In this document: piece after piece, positions 17,029 through 25,833 of the stretch
Layout: the number at the start of each line of letters is the position of its first letter
How positions within the stretch are numbered: position 1 is the stretch's first letter
DNA from: Nanobdellota archaeon
GTDB lineage: Archaea; Nanobdellota; Nanobdellia; Pacearchaeales; GW2011-AR1
Assembly: GCA_039714095.1 (NCBI GenBank)
Contig: JBDLJZ010000001.1
Location: forward strand, 1 to 55,093
DNA length: 55,093 bases
Direction: 5' to 3'
Notes under the pieces: generated by a model
What the model saw: the letters and a program-made list of their open reading frames with translations, nothing else
What the model was told of the DNA's origin: nothing
Databases searched by the model: none
Position numbers and translations under genes: made by a program

Positions 17029-17700
17029 ATGGTGATGACACAAGTTAGCTCTGTTTTTTTAGATGCTTATAATTCATTCATTGAAATCCTTCCACTCTGG
17101 GTGCAAAATTTTATAAGTTTTTTTTTGTTAGTTTTATTAATTGTTGCTTATTCAATTATGGTCTGGAGATTTTACCAATTTGTTTCAAAAAAAAATCCCT
17201 TAGGATTAAATCTTAATGAAAAATACAAACCAAATGAACACTCTTTTGGAACAAGATTTGTCGTAGGATTACTTTATTTTGTAGAATATATTTTAATATT
17301 ACCATTATTAATTTTTCTAATTTTTGGGATTTTTACTTTGTTCTTAATTGTTCTTTCTTCAAGCGAAGATGTTTCACAAATATTAATTATTTCTGCAACA
17401 GTAATAGCTTCAATAAGAATCACAGCTTATTACAATGAAAAACTTTCACAAGAAATTGCAAAAATCCTCCCATTTATGTTATTGGCTGTAGCAGTTCTTA
17501 ATCCAACAACATTCACACAAGTCCAATATATAGAAAAAATATTTAACCACCTAATTAATATTCCAAATTTCCTAAGTCAAATTTGGAGTTACCTACTGTT
17601 TATAATTATCATAGAAATTACTCTTACTTTTTTTGATTTGATTTTTTCTTTGTTTAATTTACATGAACCAGAAAAAGCAGAAGAAAAAGAAGAGAAATAA
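17029..17700 (+). CDS. integral membrane protein
   Basis: 223 aa with multiple TM segments and an acidic/Lys tail EPEKAEEKEEK. Confidence 0.6.
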   Translation: MVMTQVSSVFLDAYNSFIEILPLWVQNFISFFLLVLLIVAYSIMVWRFYQFVSKKNPLGLNLNEKYKPNEHSFGTRFVVGLLYFVEYILILPLLIFLIFGIFTLFLIVLSSSEDVSQILIISATVIASIRITAYYNEKLSQEIAKILPFMLLAVAVLNPTTFTQVQYIEKIFNHLINIPNFLSQIWSYLLFIIIIEITLTFFDLIFSLFNLHEPEKAEEKEEK

Positions 17701-17763
17701 ATTTTTTAATAAACATAAAATCAAAACATAAATTTTAAAAAGAATATAGATTTTAAATTTAAA

Positions 17764-18372
17764 ATGGGGTTGACAATGACGTTTACACTTTTTGTAATTG
17801 GTTTTGTAGCTTTTTTTGCTACAGGTATAGATGATACTGTAGCATATGCAAGTTCATATTTAAATAATAAAAGAAGAGACCACAAAAACTTAATTTCTTT
17901 AGGAATAATACTTGGAACATTTCTGGCATTAGCAATAGCTATTTTTGCAGGTTCATTAATGGCATCTATTCCTTCTAAACATTTAATTGGGGGGGCAGTT
18001 CTTATTACTCTTGGAGCATTATCTTTTTTTCATGGAAAAGGCAAACAAAAACAGAAAAAAGTTCATTTTACTAAAATTAAAGAAAATCTAAAATATTCAA
18101 GGACATCATTTCAAACTAATTTAAAATTTATTGGGTTAGGTATGGTGCTTTTTTTTGCTACAGGAATTGACGACATAATTGCATATTCAAATTTAATAAT
18201 GGCCAAAGGTTCATGGTTAGCAATTTGTTCAGGAGTAGTTATGGCTACATTTGTGTCATTAATTATAGCCCATTCTTTAGAAGAAAAACTAAAAAAATTC
18301 TCCCATCCAGAAAGAATTGGTGGAGTAATGATGATAATTATTGGTATACTTCTGGCACTAAAAATCTTATAA
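17764..18372 (+). CDS. CadD-like / LysE-superfamily membrane transporter
   Basis: Internal duplication with FFATGIDDTVAY and FFATGIDDIIAY motifs in the first TM of each half. Confidence 0.45.
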   Translation: MGLTMTFTLFVIGFVAFFATGIDDTVAYASSYLNNKRRDHKNLISLGIILGTFLALAIAIFAGSLMASIPSKHLIGGAVLITLGALSFFHGKGKQKQKKVHFTKIKENLKYSRTSFQTNLKFIGLGMVLFFATGIDDIIAYSNLIMAKGSWLAICSGVVMATFVSLIIAHSLEEKLKKFSHPERIGGVMMIIIGILLALKIL

Positions 18373-18484
18373 ATAATTATAATTAAATAAATATATTTTT
18401 TGTTTTCTTTTTTTAAATTCTTAAGGCACAAAAAGGTTTTTAAACTATTTTTATGATTGATTGTTAACTAAATGATTGCCTCCT

Positions 18485-18569
18485 ATGTGGTATCAGTTGG
18501 ACTGCACGAAAAGATACCACCTTCAATGCTTAGAGGAAGTTTAAGCGAAGAACCAGGAGGTATCCTCAC
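18485..18569 (+). promoter_or_regulatory. unclassified structured RNA leader, copy A (upstream of rps10)
   Basis: 8-bp helix GUGGUAUC(18487-18494)/GAUACCAC(18513-18520) encloses an 18-nt loop AGUUGGACUGCACGAAAA. A second stem CUUC/GAAG follows. Then comes a purine-rich GGAGG box in a small hairpin 10 nt before the ATG. Homologous copies lie at 49371-49546. Confidence 0.65.
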
Positions 18570-18878
18570 ATGCCAAAAGTAAGAATAAAATTAAATAGTA
18601 CTGACATAGAAATGCTTAATAATATTTGCGAAACTATTAAAGATATTGCAAAAAAATCAGGAATTACAATCTCAGGACCTGTTCCACTACCAACAAAAAA
18701 ATTAAAAGTCACAACACGAAAATCACCTTGTGGAGACGGAACAGCAACTTTTGATAGATTTGAAATGAGAATACACAAAAGGTTAATTGATTTACCTGCA
18801 AACGAAAAAGTTTTGCACCAAATTATGAAACTTCAAATTCCAAAGAACGTTAACATAAAAATTGAAGTAAAAGAGTAA
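18570..18878 (+). CDS. rps10: 30S ribosomal protein uS10
   Basis: RIKLNSTDIEMLNNICETIKDIAKKSGITISGPVPLPTKKLKVTTRKSPCGDGTATFDRFEMRIHKRLID is the typical archaeal S10 sequence. Confidence 0.95.
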   Translation: MPKVRIKLNSTDIEMLNNICETIKDIAKKSGITISGPVPLPTKKLKVTTRKSPCGDGTATFDRFEMRIHKRLIDLPANEKVLHQIMKLQIPKNVNIKIEVKE

Positions 18879-18965
18879 TTTTATATATATTTTAGAAAAT
18901 ATATTTTATATTATATAGATTTATTTTGTGGATTAATTTATAAAATAATTTTTTCTTCTTGGTCA

Positions 18966-21092
18966 ATGGAAGAGGAATGGCCAATTTACAAAAAAGAACT
19001 TCTGATTTTAGGAAATCAAAATAGTAATGTTAGTATATGTACGCTTTGGACTCCCAAAGAAAATGTCTTAAGAAAAATTTCTAAAAATAATTTTTTAATT
19101 ACTGGACAATGTTATAGCAAAAGTGAAGGTCCAAGTTTAATTTTAAGACATGCTTTATTAAATAAGAAATTAAGATATATTATTCTTTATGGAGCAAATG
19201 TAAATAAAACTGCAGAAATTTTATTAGCAATAAAAAATATGGGTGTAGATGAAAATCATAAAGTTATAGGATTTTCAGATGCTGAAATAGAAAAAGAAAT
19301 CACTTTAGATGCAATAAATAGATTTAGACAAAATGTAGAAATAATTGATAAGAGAGATTTAGAATTAGAAGAATTAAATAATTTTATTGAATCATTGCCC
19401 AAAAAAGAATCTTGGGGAGAACCAGAATTATTTCCTAGAATCCCTCCTAAAAAACCAGAATTCTTTCCTTCAGAGGAAACAGGGTTTGTAATTAGAGGAA
19501 AAACTGTTGGGAATGTGTGGTTAGAGATTTTACAAACTATAAGAAAATTTGGTAAAATAAAAAAGAGCCAGTATTCAGATGACCAACAAGAAATAGTTAA
19601 TCTAACAAGTATAATTACTGATGAAGATCCAAATAATCTAAGTTGGGAAGAATGGTTTCAATTTTCTAAAGAACATTTTCAAGAATATTTACCGCAATTG
19701 ATGACATCTGATTTAATTGGGGATGTTGAATATACTTATGGTTCTCGTTTAAGAAATTTTAAAGGAATTAATCAAATAGAATCAATTATTGAAGAATTAA
19801 AAAAAGCAATATACTCAAGAAGGGCTGTTGGCGTAACATGGGATATAGAAAAAGATCATAATAATTCTCACTGTCCATGTTTGGATTTAATTCAACCATT
19901 AGTACAAGATAAATTACATATGACAGTCTATTTGAGAAGTAATGATATGTTTAAAGCATATCCAGAAAATGCCTTGGCTTTACGAATGATTCAAAATGAA
20001 ATTGCGCAAAAAGTAGGAGTCGCATTAGGGTCATTAATTATAATTTCTAATAGTGCTCATATTTATTCTTCAGATTGGGAAAAAGTAAAGAATATTTTAG
20101 AACAATATTCAATAAAACAAACTAGACAATCTGATCCTCGTGGGAATATTCTTATAGAAACAGAAAACAAAAAAATAAAAATTATTCATCAATCTCCTGA
20201 AGGTGTTGGTATAGATGAAATTTATGCAGAGAACTCTTTAGATGCTTGTTCTAAAATAAATGCAAAAAAAATGATTTCCCAAATAAATCATTCTTTAGAT
20301 ATTGGAGGGGAAATCGCAAAAGCAGAAATTGCCATTAAAAATAATCTGAAGTATGTTCAAGATAAGCCTTTAGAGATAAGAAAAAAAGGAAAGATAATTT
20401 TAGTTGAAGGAACAGATTGTTCAGGCAAACAAACTCAAACAGAATTATTATTAAAAAAACTAAACAGCGAAGGAATTCCTTGCAAATTAATGAGTTTCCC
20501 TCGTTATAATACCCCAACTGGAAGAATTGTTGGACAAAGTTATCTGGGGAAAGTAAAAGATTATTGGAAGGGAGATTCTGGATGGTTTGGAGAAGCTGAT
20601 TCATTAGATCCAAAAATTGCTTCATTATATTATGCAGCAGATAGAAGAGCTTCTGTTGAAGAAATAGACAAAATTTTAGATTCAGGTTGTAATTTAATTT
20701 TAGATAGATATTATACATCTAATATGGCTCATCAAGGTGGAAAAATAAAAAATATAGAAGAAAGAAAAAAAATATTTGAATGGTTGCAAAATTTAGAATT
20801 AGATATTTTAAAATTACCAAAAGAAGACATTGCGATATTTTTACATATGCCTTTAGAAGTTTCAAAAATATTACGGACAAATAGAACTGGAGAAAATTTA
20901 GATAACCATGAAAATAATGAAGAGCATTTGAGAAGAGCAGAAGAAACCTATAACCAGTTATCAGAATTATACAATTGGAAAAATATTAGTTGTGCTCCAA
21001 ATAAAACAATTGAATCTCTCAAAACACCAGAAGAAATTCATGAAGAAGTTTACAGTGTTGTAAAAGATTTCCTAACACAAAACAAATCTTAA
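18966..21092 (+). CDS. multidomain fusion: MtrA-like N-terminal domain, thymidylate synthase (ThyA)-like, DUF4346-like, thymidylate kinase
   Basis: ThyA-like HCPCLDLIQP and YLRSNDMFKAYPENALAL...ISNSAHIYS. DUF4346-like DPRGNILIE...HSLDIGGEIAKAEIAIKNNLKYVQDKPL. Tmk P-loop ILVEGTDCSGKQTQ plus MSFPRY. N-terminal WPIYKKELLILGNQNSNVSICTLWT resembles MtrA-like domains (recollection). Confidence 0.75.
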   Translation: MEEEWPIYKKELLILGNQNSNVSICTLWTPKENVLRKISKNNFLITGQCYSKSEGPSLILRHALLNKKLRYIILYGANVNKTAEILLAIKNMGVDENHKVIGFSDAEIEKEITLDAINRFRQNVEIIDKRDLELEELNNFIESLPKKESWGEPELFPRIPPKKPEFFPSEETGFVIRGKTVGNVWLEILQTIRKFGKIKKSQYSDDQQEIVNLTSIITDEDPNNLSWEEWFQFSKEHFQEYLPQLMTSDLIGDVEYTYGSRLRNFKGINQIESIIEELKKAIYSRRAVGVTWDIEKDHNNSHCPCLDLIQPLVQDKLHMTVYLRSNDMFKAYPENALALRMIQNEIAQKVGVALGSLIIISNSAHIYSSDWEKVKNILEQYSIKQTRQSDPRGNILIETENKKIKIIHQSPEGVGIDEIYAENSLDACSKINAKKMISQINHSLDIGGEIAKAEIAIKNNLKYVQDKPLEIRKKGKIILVEGTDCSGKQTQTELLLKKLNSEGIPCKLMSFPRYNTPTGRIVGQSYLGKVKDYWKGDSGWFGEADSLDPKIASLYYAADRRASVEEIDKILDSGCNLILDRYYTSNMAHQGGKIKNIEERKKIFEWLQNLELDILKLPKEDIAIFLHMPLEVSKILRTNRTGENLDNHENNEEHLRRAEETYNQLSELYNWKNISCAPNKTIESLKTPEEIHEEVYSVVKDFLTQNKS

Positions 21093-21159
21093 ACTATATA
21101 CTCAATAATATATTTTGGTAAAAGAATTTCTTTATAAAAAATTAAATTCTTAAATATAA

Positions 21160-22185
21160 GTGATAATCGGAATAACAGGAACACTTGGAGCAGGAAAAGG
21201 CGAAGTTGTTAATTTTCTAAAACAAAAAGGATTTTCTTATTATTCGTGTTCAGATTATTTAAGAGAAGAATTAAGAAGACAAGAAAAAGAAATAACAATT
21301 CCAAATCTTGCAGAACTGGGGAATTCTATGAGGGAACAATATGGAAATGGAGAAATTACAAAACGATTATTAAAAGAAATAAAACAAGAAAACGTAATTA
21401 TAGATTCATTAAGACATCCAGACGAAATAAATGAGTTAAAAAAATCTAGCAAATTTATCTTAATTGGAATTGATGCAAATATAGGAATAAGATATGAAAG
21501 AATAAGGCAAAGAAATAGGAATGAAGACAATTTATCTTTTGAAGAATTTTATTTAGAGGAAGAAAAACAAAAAACTGATTCAGGACCAACAATGCAACTT
21601 CACAAATGTTTAGAACTTGCAGATTTTAAAGTTGAAAACAATGGAACAATTGAAGAACTTCAAGAAAAATTGGAAAAAATATTTCAAGAAATTATGCAAA
21701 AAGAAGTTTATGTTCGTCCGACTTGGGATGAATATTTTATGGAAATAGCAAAGACAATTGCAAAACGTGCAACTTGCGATAGAGGGCGAAGCGGTTGCGT
21801 TATAGCAAGAGACAAGCAATTATTAGTAACAGGTTATGTTGGTTCGCCAAAAGGTTTGCCACACTGTGATGATGTTGGACATCAATTCAAAAAAACAATC
21901 CACGAGGACAGACATATAACAAACCATTGTGTAAGAACTATCCACGCCGAACAAAACGCAATTTGCCAAGCCGCAAAATTAGGAGTTTCAATCAATGAGG
22001 CAACACTATATTGTAAAATGACTCCGTGCAGAGTTTGTGCAATGCTAATAATTAATTCAGGAATAAAACGAGTTGTTTGCGAAAAAAAATACCACGCAGG
22101 AGCAGAGTCAGAAGAAATGTTTAAGCAAGCAGGAATTCAAATAGAATTCTTTGATGAGAAAATTGAGCAATATAAAAATCAATAA
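21160..22185 (+). CDS. fusion of a P-loop nucleotide kinase-like domain and dCMP deaminase
   Basis: GTG start. N-terminal IIGITGTLGAGKGEV P-loop. C-terminal zinc deaminase motifs HAEQNAI and PCRVCA, as in ComEB/dCMP deaminases. Confidence 0.85.
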   Translation: MIIGITGTLGAGKGEVVNFLKQKGFSYYSCSDYLREELRRQEKEITIPNLAELGNSMREQYGNGEITKRLLKEIKQENVIIDSLRHPDEINELKKSSKFILIGIDANIGIRYERIRQRNRNEDNLSFEEFYLEEEKQKTDSGPTMQLHKCLELADFKVENNGTIEELQEKLEKIFQEIMQKEVYVRPTWDEYFMEIAKTIAKRATCDRGRSGCVIARDKQLLVTGYVGSPKGLPHCDDVGHQFKKTIHEDRHITNHCVRTIHAEQNAICQAAKLGVSINEATLYCKMTPCRVCAMLIINSGIKRVVCEKKYHAGAESEEMFKQAGIQIEFFDEKIEQYKNQ

Positions 22186-22219
22186 AAATCCTTAAAAACT
22201 TAATTTCTTTTGTTCTAAA

Positions 22220-22768
22220 ATGAAAAATCAAAAAAACGCAATTTTTATAATATGTCTTTTCTTATTAGTTACAACAGGTATTTATATAATGACTACTGAA
22301 AACAACACAAAAATCAAATTTGAAACAAATCACGGAGATATAGTAATAGAATTATACAGCGAAATGCCGATTACAACAGGTAATTTCAAAAGCTTAGTTG
22401 AAAAAAGAATTTATGATGGAGTAATTTTTCACAGAATAATTCAAGGATTTATGGTTCAAGGAGGAGACCCAACAGGCACAGGTTATGGCGATTCAAAAAT
22501 CCCAAATATACAAGACGAATTCACAAAAACAGATTTAGACCAAAACAACAGAGGAACAATTTCAATGGCAAACGCAGGACCAAACACAGGCTCAAGCCAA
22601 TTTTTCATAAACCTTGTAAACAATAATTTTCTTGATGGCAAACACCCTGTTTTTGGAAAAGTAGTAGAAGGAATGGACATTGTGGACGAAATAGCAAAAA
22701 CCCCCACAGATTATCAAGACCGCCCAATAGAAGAGGTTAAGATAATTAAAGCAAGTGTTTTGGAATAA
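22220..22768 (+). CDS. cyclophilin-type peptidyl-prolyl isomerase with an N-terminal membrane anchor or signal
   Basis: FHRIIQGFMVQGGDPTGTG and ISMANAGPNTGSSQFFI motifs. Hydrophobic N-terminus. Confidence 0.9.
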   Translation: MKNQKNAIFIICLFLLVTTGIYIMTTENNTKIKFETNHGDIVIELYSEMPITTGNFKSLVEKRIYDGVIFHRIIQGFMVQGGDPTGTGYGDSKIPNIQDEFTKTDLDQNNRGTISMANAGPNTGSSQFFINLVNNNFLDGKHPVFGKVVEGMDIVDEIAKTPTDYQDRPIEEVKIIKASVLE

Positions 22769-22860
22769 CTCAATATTTATTTACATAAATCAAATTTTTT
22801 AAATTTTATATAATACTAAAATCCCACAAAACTTAAAAACAATATTTATTCTAATTAAAG

Positions 22861-23130
22861 ATGGAAAAAGAAATAGGAAAGATAAACAAGCGAGATGATA
22901 CAGATATTGTTATAAGAATTGACGATTTTGCAGACAAGCGAGGGTTGACAATCAGAGAATTTGTAACCTCTGAAAGATACACTGGTTTCACAAAAGCAGG
23001 TGTGAGAATCTTGGCAAAAGACTTTCAAAAATTCAAAGAAATGGTTAACTCTATTTCTGACGAGGACATGAAAGAAGAAGCACAAGAAGCTCCAAAAGAA
23101 AACAAAGATTCAGAATTACCTGACTATTAA
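22861..23130 (+). CDS. PC4/YdbC-like ssDNA-binding protein (putative)
   Basis: IVIRIDDFADKRGLTIREFV...TGFTKAGVRILAKDFQKF follows the PC4-fold pattern. Acidic tail. Confidence 0.45.
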   Translation: MEKEIGKINKRDDTDIVIRIDDFADKRGLTIREFVTSERYTGFTKAGVRILAKDFQKFKEMVNSISDEDMKEEAQEAPKENKDSELPDY

Positions 23131-23150
23131 TCTAATATAATTTTTTGAAA

Positions 23151-23705
23151 ATGAGATACAAATTGCTTCCTGAACAGAAAGGAGATTTTAATTCTTTAGA
23201 CATTTCTAAGGAATTTCGCAAATTAATTGCAGGAGATGATAGTGCGAAGGATGATAAGTTAAAAAATGGTTTTCCCTATTATACAGGAATAGTTTTAAGA
23301 AATAAAAATAATCAAAATGATAAACGAAAGGTAATGTTAGGTTTTATGACTGACTTTGAATATGAACCTATTATTAATCTTGATACTTATATTTTAGGAT
23401 TAATGTATGCACAATTAGTAGGAAAAGAAACAAAAAAAACTCATGTACCTAAAGGATTAGAAGAAGAAATAGAAAATAAGCTTAATTATTTTTATCAAAC
23501 AAGATTATCTGAATCAGTTAGTTCATTAACTACTTATATAGGTTCAAATAAAAAAGTTATTAAAGAACAAGCAGGAGAAGCAATATTAGAACATATAAAA
23601 TCAGGGGGCAGATTTATGGGAGGAAAATATGAAAATAGAGAACCTCTTAAACCAACTAATGAAAGATTTAAACATTATGAAAAAATTTTTGCTGGGGAAA
23701 TATAA
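23151..23705 (+). CDS. hypothetical protein
   Basis: ORF with ATG at 23151 (the track start at 23145 is a TTG). No motif recognised. Confidence 0.5.
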   Translation: MRYKLLPEQKGDFNSLDISKEFRKLIAGDDSAKDDKLKNGFPYYTGIVLRNKNNQNDKRKVMLGFMTDFEYEPIINLDTYILGLMYAQLVGKETKKTHVPKGLEEEIENKLNYFYQTRLSESVSSLTTYIGSNKKVIKEQAGEAILEHIKSGGRFMGGKYENREPLKPTNERFKHYEKIFAGEI

Positions 23706-23758
23706 TTTGTAATCAATTACATCAAAACGTTTAAAAAAAAACTTCACATAATTTTTCT

Positions 23759-24091
23759 ATGAAAAAAAAGAGTGTTTTAACTTTGATAATTATTTTCGGA
23801 ATAATTTTATTATCTTTTGCAATTTTAAATAAACCTCATCCAGATATTGAAAAAGAAACCGCACAATGCATTGGGCAAAATTCAGTTCTTTATATTCAAT
23901 TAGGTTGTCATGCTTGCGAGACTCAGGAAAAAATGTTTGGAAATAATTATCAGCATCTTAATGTTGTTGATTGCTTTTTTGAAAAAGAAAAATGTCAAAA
24001 TATAAAATATACTCCAACATGGATAATAAATAATAAAAAGTATCAAGGTGTTCAAGATATAGATAAATTAAAAGAACTTACAAATTGTTAA
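23759..24091 (+). CDS. membrane-anchored thioredoxin-fold protein (CxxC)
   Basis: N-terminal TM segment, then LGCHACETQ CxxC active site. The stop overlaps the next gene's start (TAATG). Confidence 0.6.
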   Translation: MKKKSVLTLIIIFGIILLSFAILNKPHPDIEKETAQCIGQNSVLYIQLGCHACETQEKMFGNNYQHLNVVDCFFEKEKCQNIKYTPTWIINNKKYQGVQDIDKLKELTNC

Positions 24092-24789
24092 TGGATATAA
24101 ATTTTTTCAGAATAACTGCACTTGCACTTGCTGACTCTGTGAATCCTTGTGCCATCGCAGTTTTAACAATGGTTCTTATGTCCATTTTAATTCAAAATCC
24201 AGAGAAAAAGAAAAAAGTACTTTATGCTGGATTAGCATTTGTCGCTTCAGTTTACATAGGATATCTTTTTTACGGAATAATTATAATCCAGTTTTTCAAA
24301 ACATTTGCACAATTTCTAAGAGAGAGCTCAAATATTGTTTATAATGGTTTAGCAATTTTAGCAATGATTTTAGGAGGATTAAATATAAAAGATTTTTTCT
24401 ATTATAAAAAAGGAGGTATTGCAACAGAAATGCCGATTTTCCTTAGACCAAAATTAAAAAAGATAACTCAAAAAATAATCTCTCCAACAGGAGCATTTGC
24501 AATAGGATTTTTCGTAACATTATTTCTTTTACCTTGCACAATTGGACCTTATATTATTGCTTCAGGATTATTAGCTGAACTCGGAGTCTTAGGGGCAATT
24601 CCTTGGTTATTATATTATAATCTTTTATTTGTTCTCCCAATGTTAATTATTGTATTAATAGTATACCTTGGATTCACAAGAGTAGAAGAAGTCTCAGGTT
24701 GGAAAGATTTAAATATAAAAAGATTACATCTAATTACAGGAATACTACTCTTTGCAGTAGGTTTCGCCTTACTAATGGGATGGTTATAA
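24091..24789 (+). CDS. ccdA: CcdA/DsbD-family transmembrane thiol-disulfide electron transporter
   Basis: Conserved TM cysteines in SVNPCAIAVL and LLPCTIGPY. Six predicted TM segments. Confidence 0.8.
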   Translation: MDINFFRITALALADSVNPCAIAVLTMVLMSILIQNPEKKKKVLYAGLAFVASVYIGYLFYGIIIIQFFKTFAQFLRESSNIVYNGLAILAMILGGLNIKDFFYYKKGGIATEMPIFLRPKLKKITQKIISPTGAFAIGFFVTLFLLPCTIGPYIIASGLLAELGVLGAIPWLLYYNLLFVLPMLIIVLIVYLGFTRVEEVSGWKDLNIKRLHLITGILLFAVGFALLMGWL

Positions 24790-24790
24790 A

Positions 24791-25030
24791 ATGAGAACAT
24801 CACACATATCAACAGAAGGACATTATTCCTTAATAATTAGTCCGGAAATTCATAAAGAATGTTTAAGATTATATAGGAAAAGACTTATCCCAAAAGATTT
24901 TGATAAAGATTCTGATGAAATTGTTCAACCTACAGATTATATATCTGAGGCTATAGAGAATTGCAAAAATAAATTAGATGGTGTTAGCTTAGAACAAAAA
25001 TCTTTTGAAAAATTAATAGACTTCCTTTAA
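24791..25030 (+). CDS. hypothetical protein
   Basis: 79-aa ORF starting 1 nt after the ccdA stop. No motif. Confidence 0.4.
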   Translation: MRTSHISTEGHYSLIISPEIHKECLRLYRKRLIPKDFDKDSDEIVQPTDYISEAIENCKNKLDGVSLEQKSFEKLIDFL

Positions 25031-25052
25031 AAAGCATCCCATTTTTTTCCAT

Positions 25053-25349
25053 TTAATACTTCGGCATCAACTCATTATGCCCAAACTGAATAACTAAATC
25101 AACCTTTGGGTTTAATTTTTCAATACCTTCTGGCGTATCACAAGCACCATAACAACTTCCAATCCAAATCAAAAATTCAGCATTTGTTTTTTCACGCAAA
25201 TAATCCACAACAGAAGTTGCATATTGTTTAAGCCCATCAGGAAACTGCAATAAAACTAATTTTGCTTTTTCTTTTTTAATTTTAGAAATAACTTTTTCCA
25301 ATTCTAAATCATAACTCTCTTCCAAATTTTTTAAATTATATTGCTTCAT
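25053..25349 (-). CDS. Dph2 (diphthamide synthesis) N-terminal domain only: truncated gene or remnant
   Basis: LVLLQFPDGLKQYA...IGSCYGACDTP...VDLVIQFGH matches the first ~90 aa of archaeal Dph2, which is normally ~330-340 aa. The ORF stops after 98 aa. No continuation appears in any minus-strand frame. Confidence 0.6.
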   Translation of the reverse strand: MKQYNLKNLEESYDLELEKVISKIKKEKAKLVLLQFPDGLKQYATSVVDYLREKTNAEFLIWIGSCYGACDTPEGIEKLNPKVDLVIQFGHNELMPKY

Positions 25350-25350
25350 T

Positions 25351-25749
25351 TTACATAAATAAATATTTCACCAAATAATAACTAACCAAAGTACTGATTC
25401 CTCCAAACAAAATACCTTTGAAAATTTTTCTTTTGTCCTCTTTTAGGTAAATCAATGAAAATAAAAGTAAACAATAAACCCCACTAGCAAAAATTCCAAA
25501 TTTCAAATCATTGTAGTAAATTGTAGTGAACACCAGGGCTATCAACCCCAATCCTGCGTGCAATTCTCCTCTGAAGATAAACATTAAAATTAAAAATATA
25601 ATTCCTCCAAAAATAAACTGGAATTGATAATACTGTTTACTAATAAGCCAAACCCTCGCAATAACCAAAATAAAAAACGGCAAACCTCCAAGAGCAATTA
25701 AATCACGAGCAGTTTCACGGATTTTTTCTTTACCCCAAAATTCTTTCAT
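25351..25749 (-). CDS. integral membrane protein
   Basis: 132 aa with four hydrophobic segments. Confidence 0.55.
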   Translation of the reverse strand: MKEFWGKEKIRETARDLIALGGLPFFILVIARVWLISKQYYQFQFIFGGIIFLILMFIFRGELHAGLGLIALVFTTIYYNDLKFGIFASGVYCLLLFSLIYLKEDKRKIFKGILFGGISTLVSYYLVKYLFM

Positions 25750-25833
25750 AGTTTATTTATGCTTCCTCTAATTAAATATGTTTTGTATATGAAAATTTTT
25801 AAATAACAATTTCTTAATTATAAAAAAGAGAAA

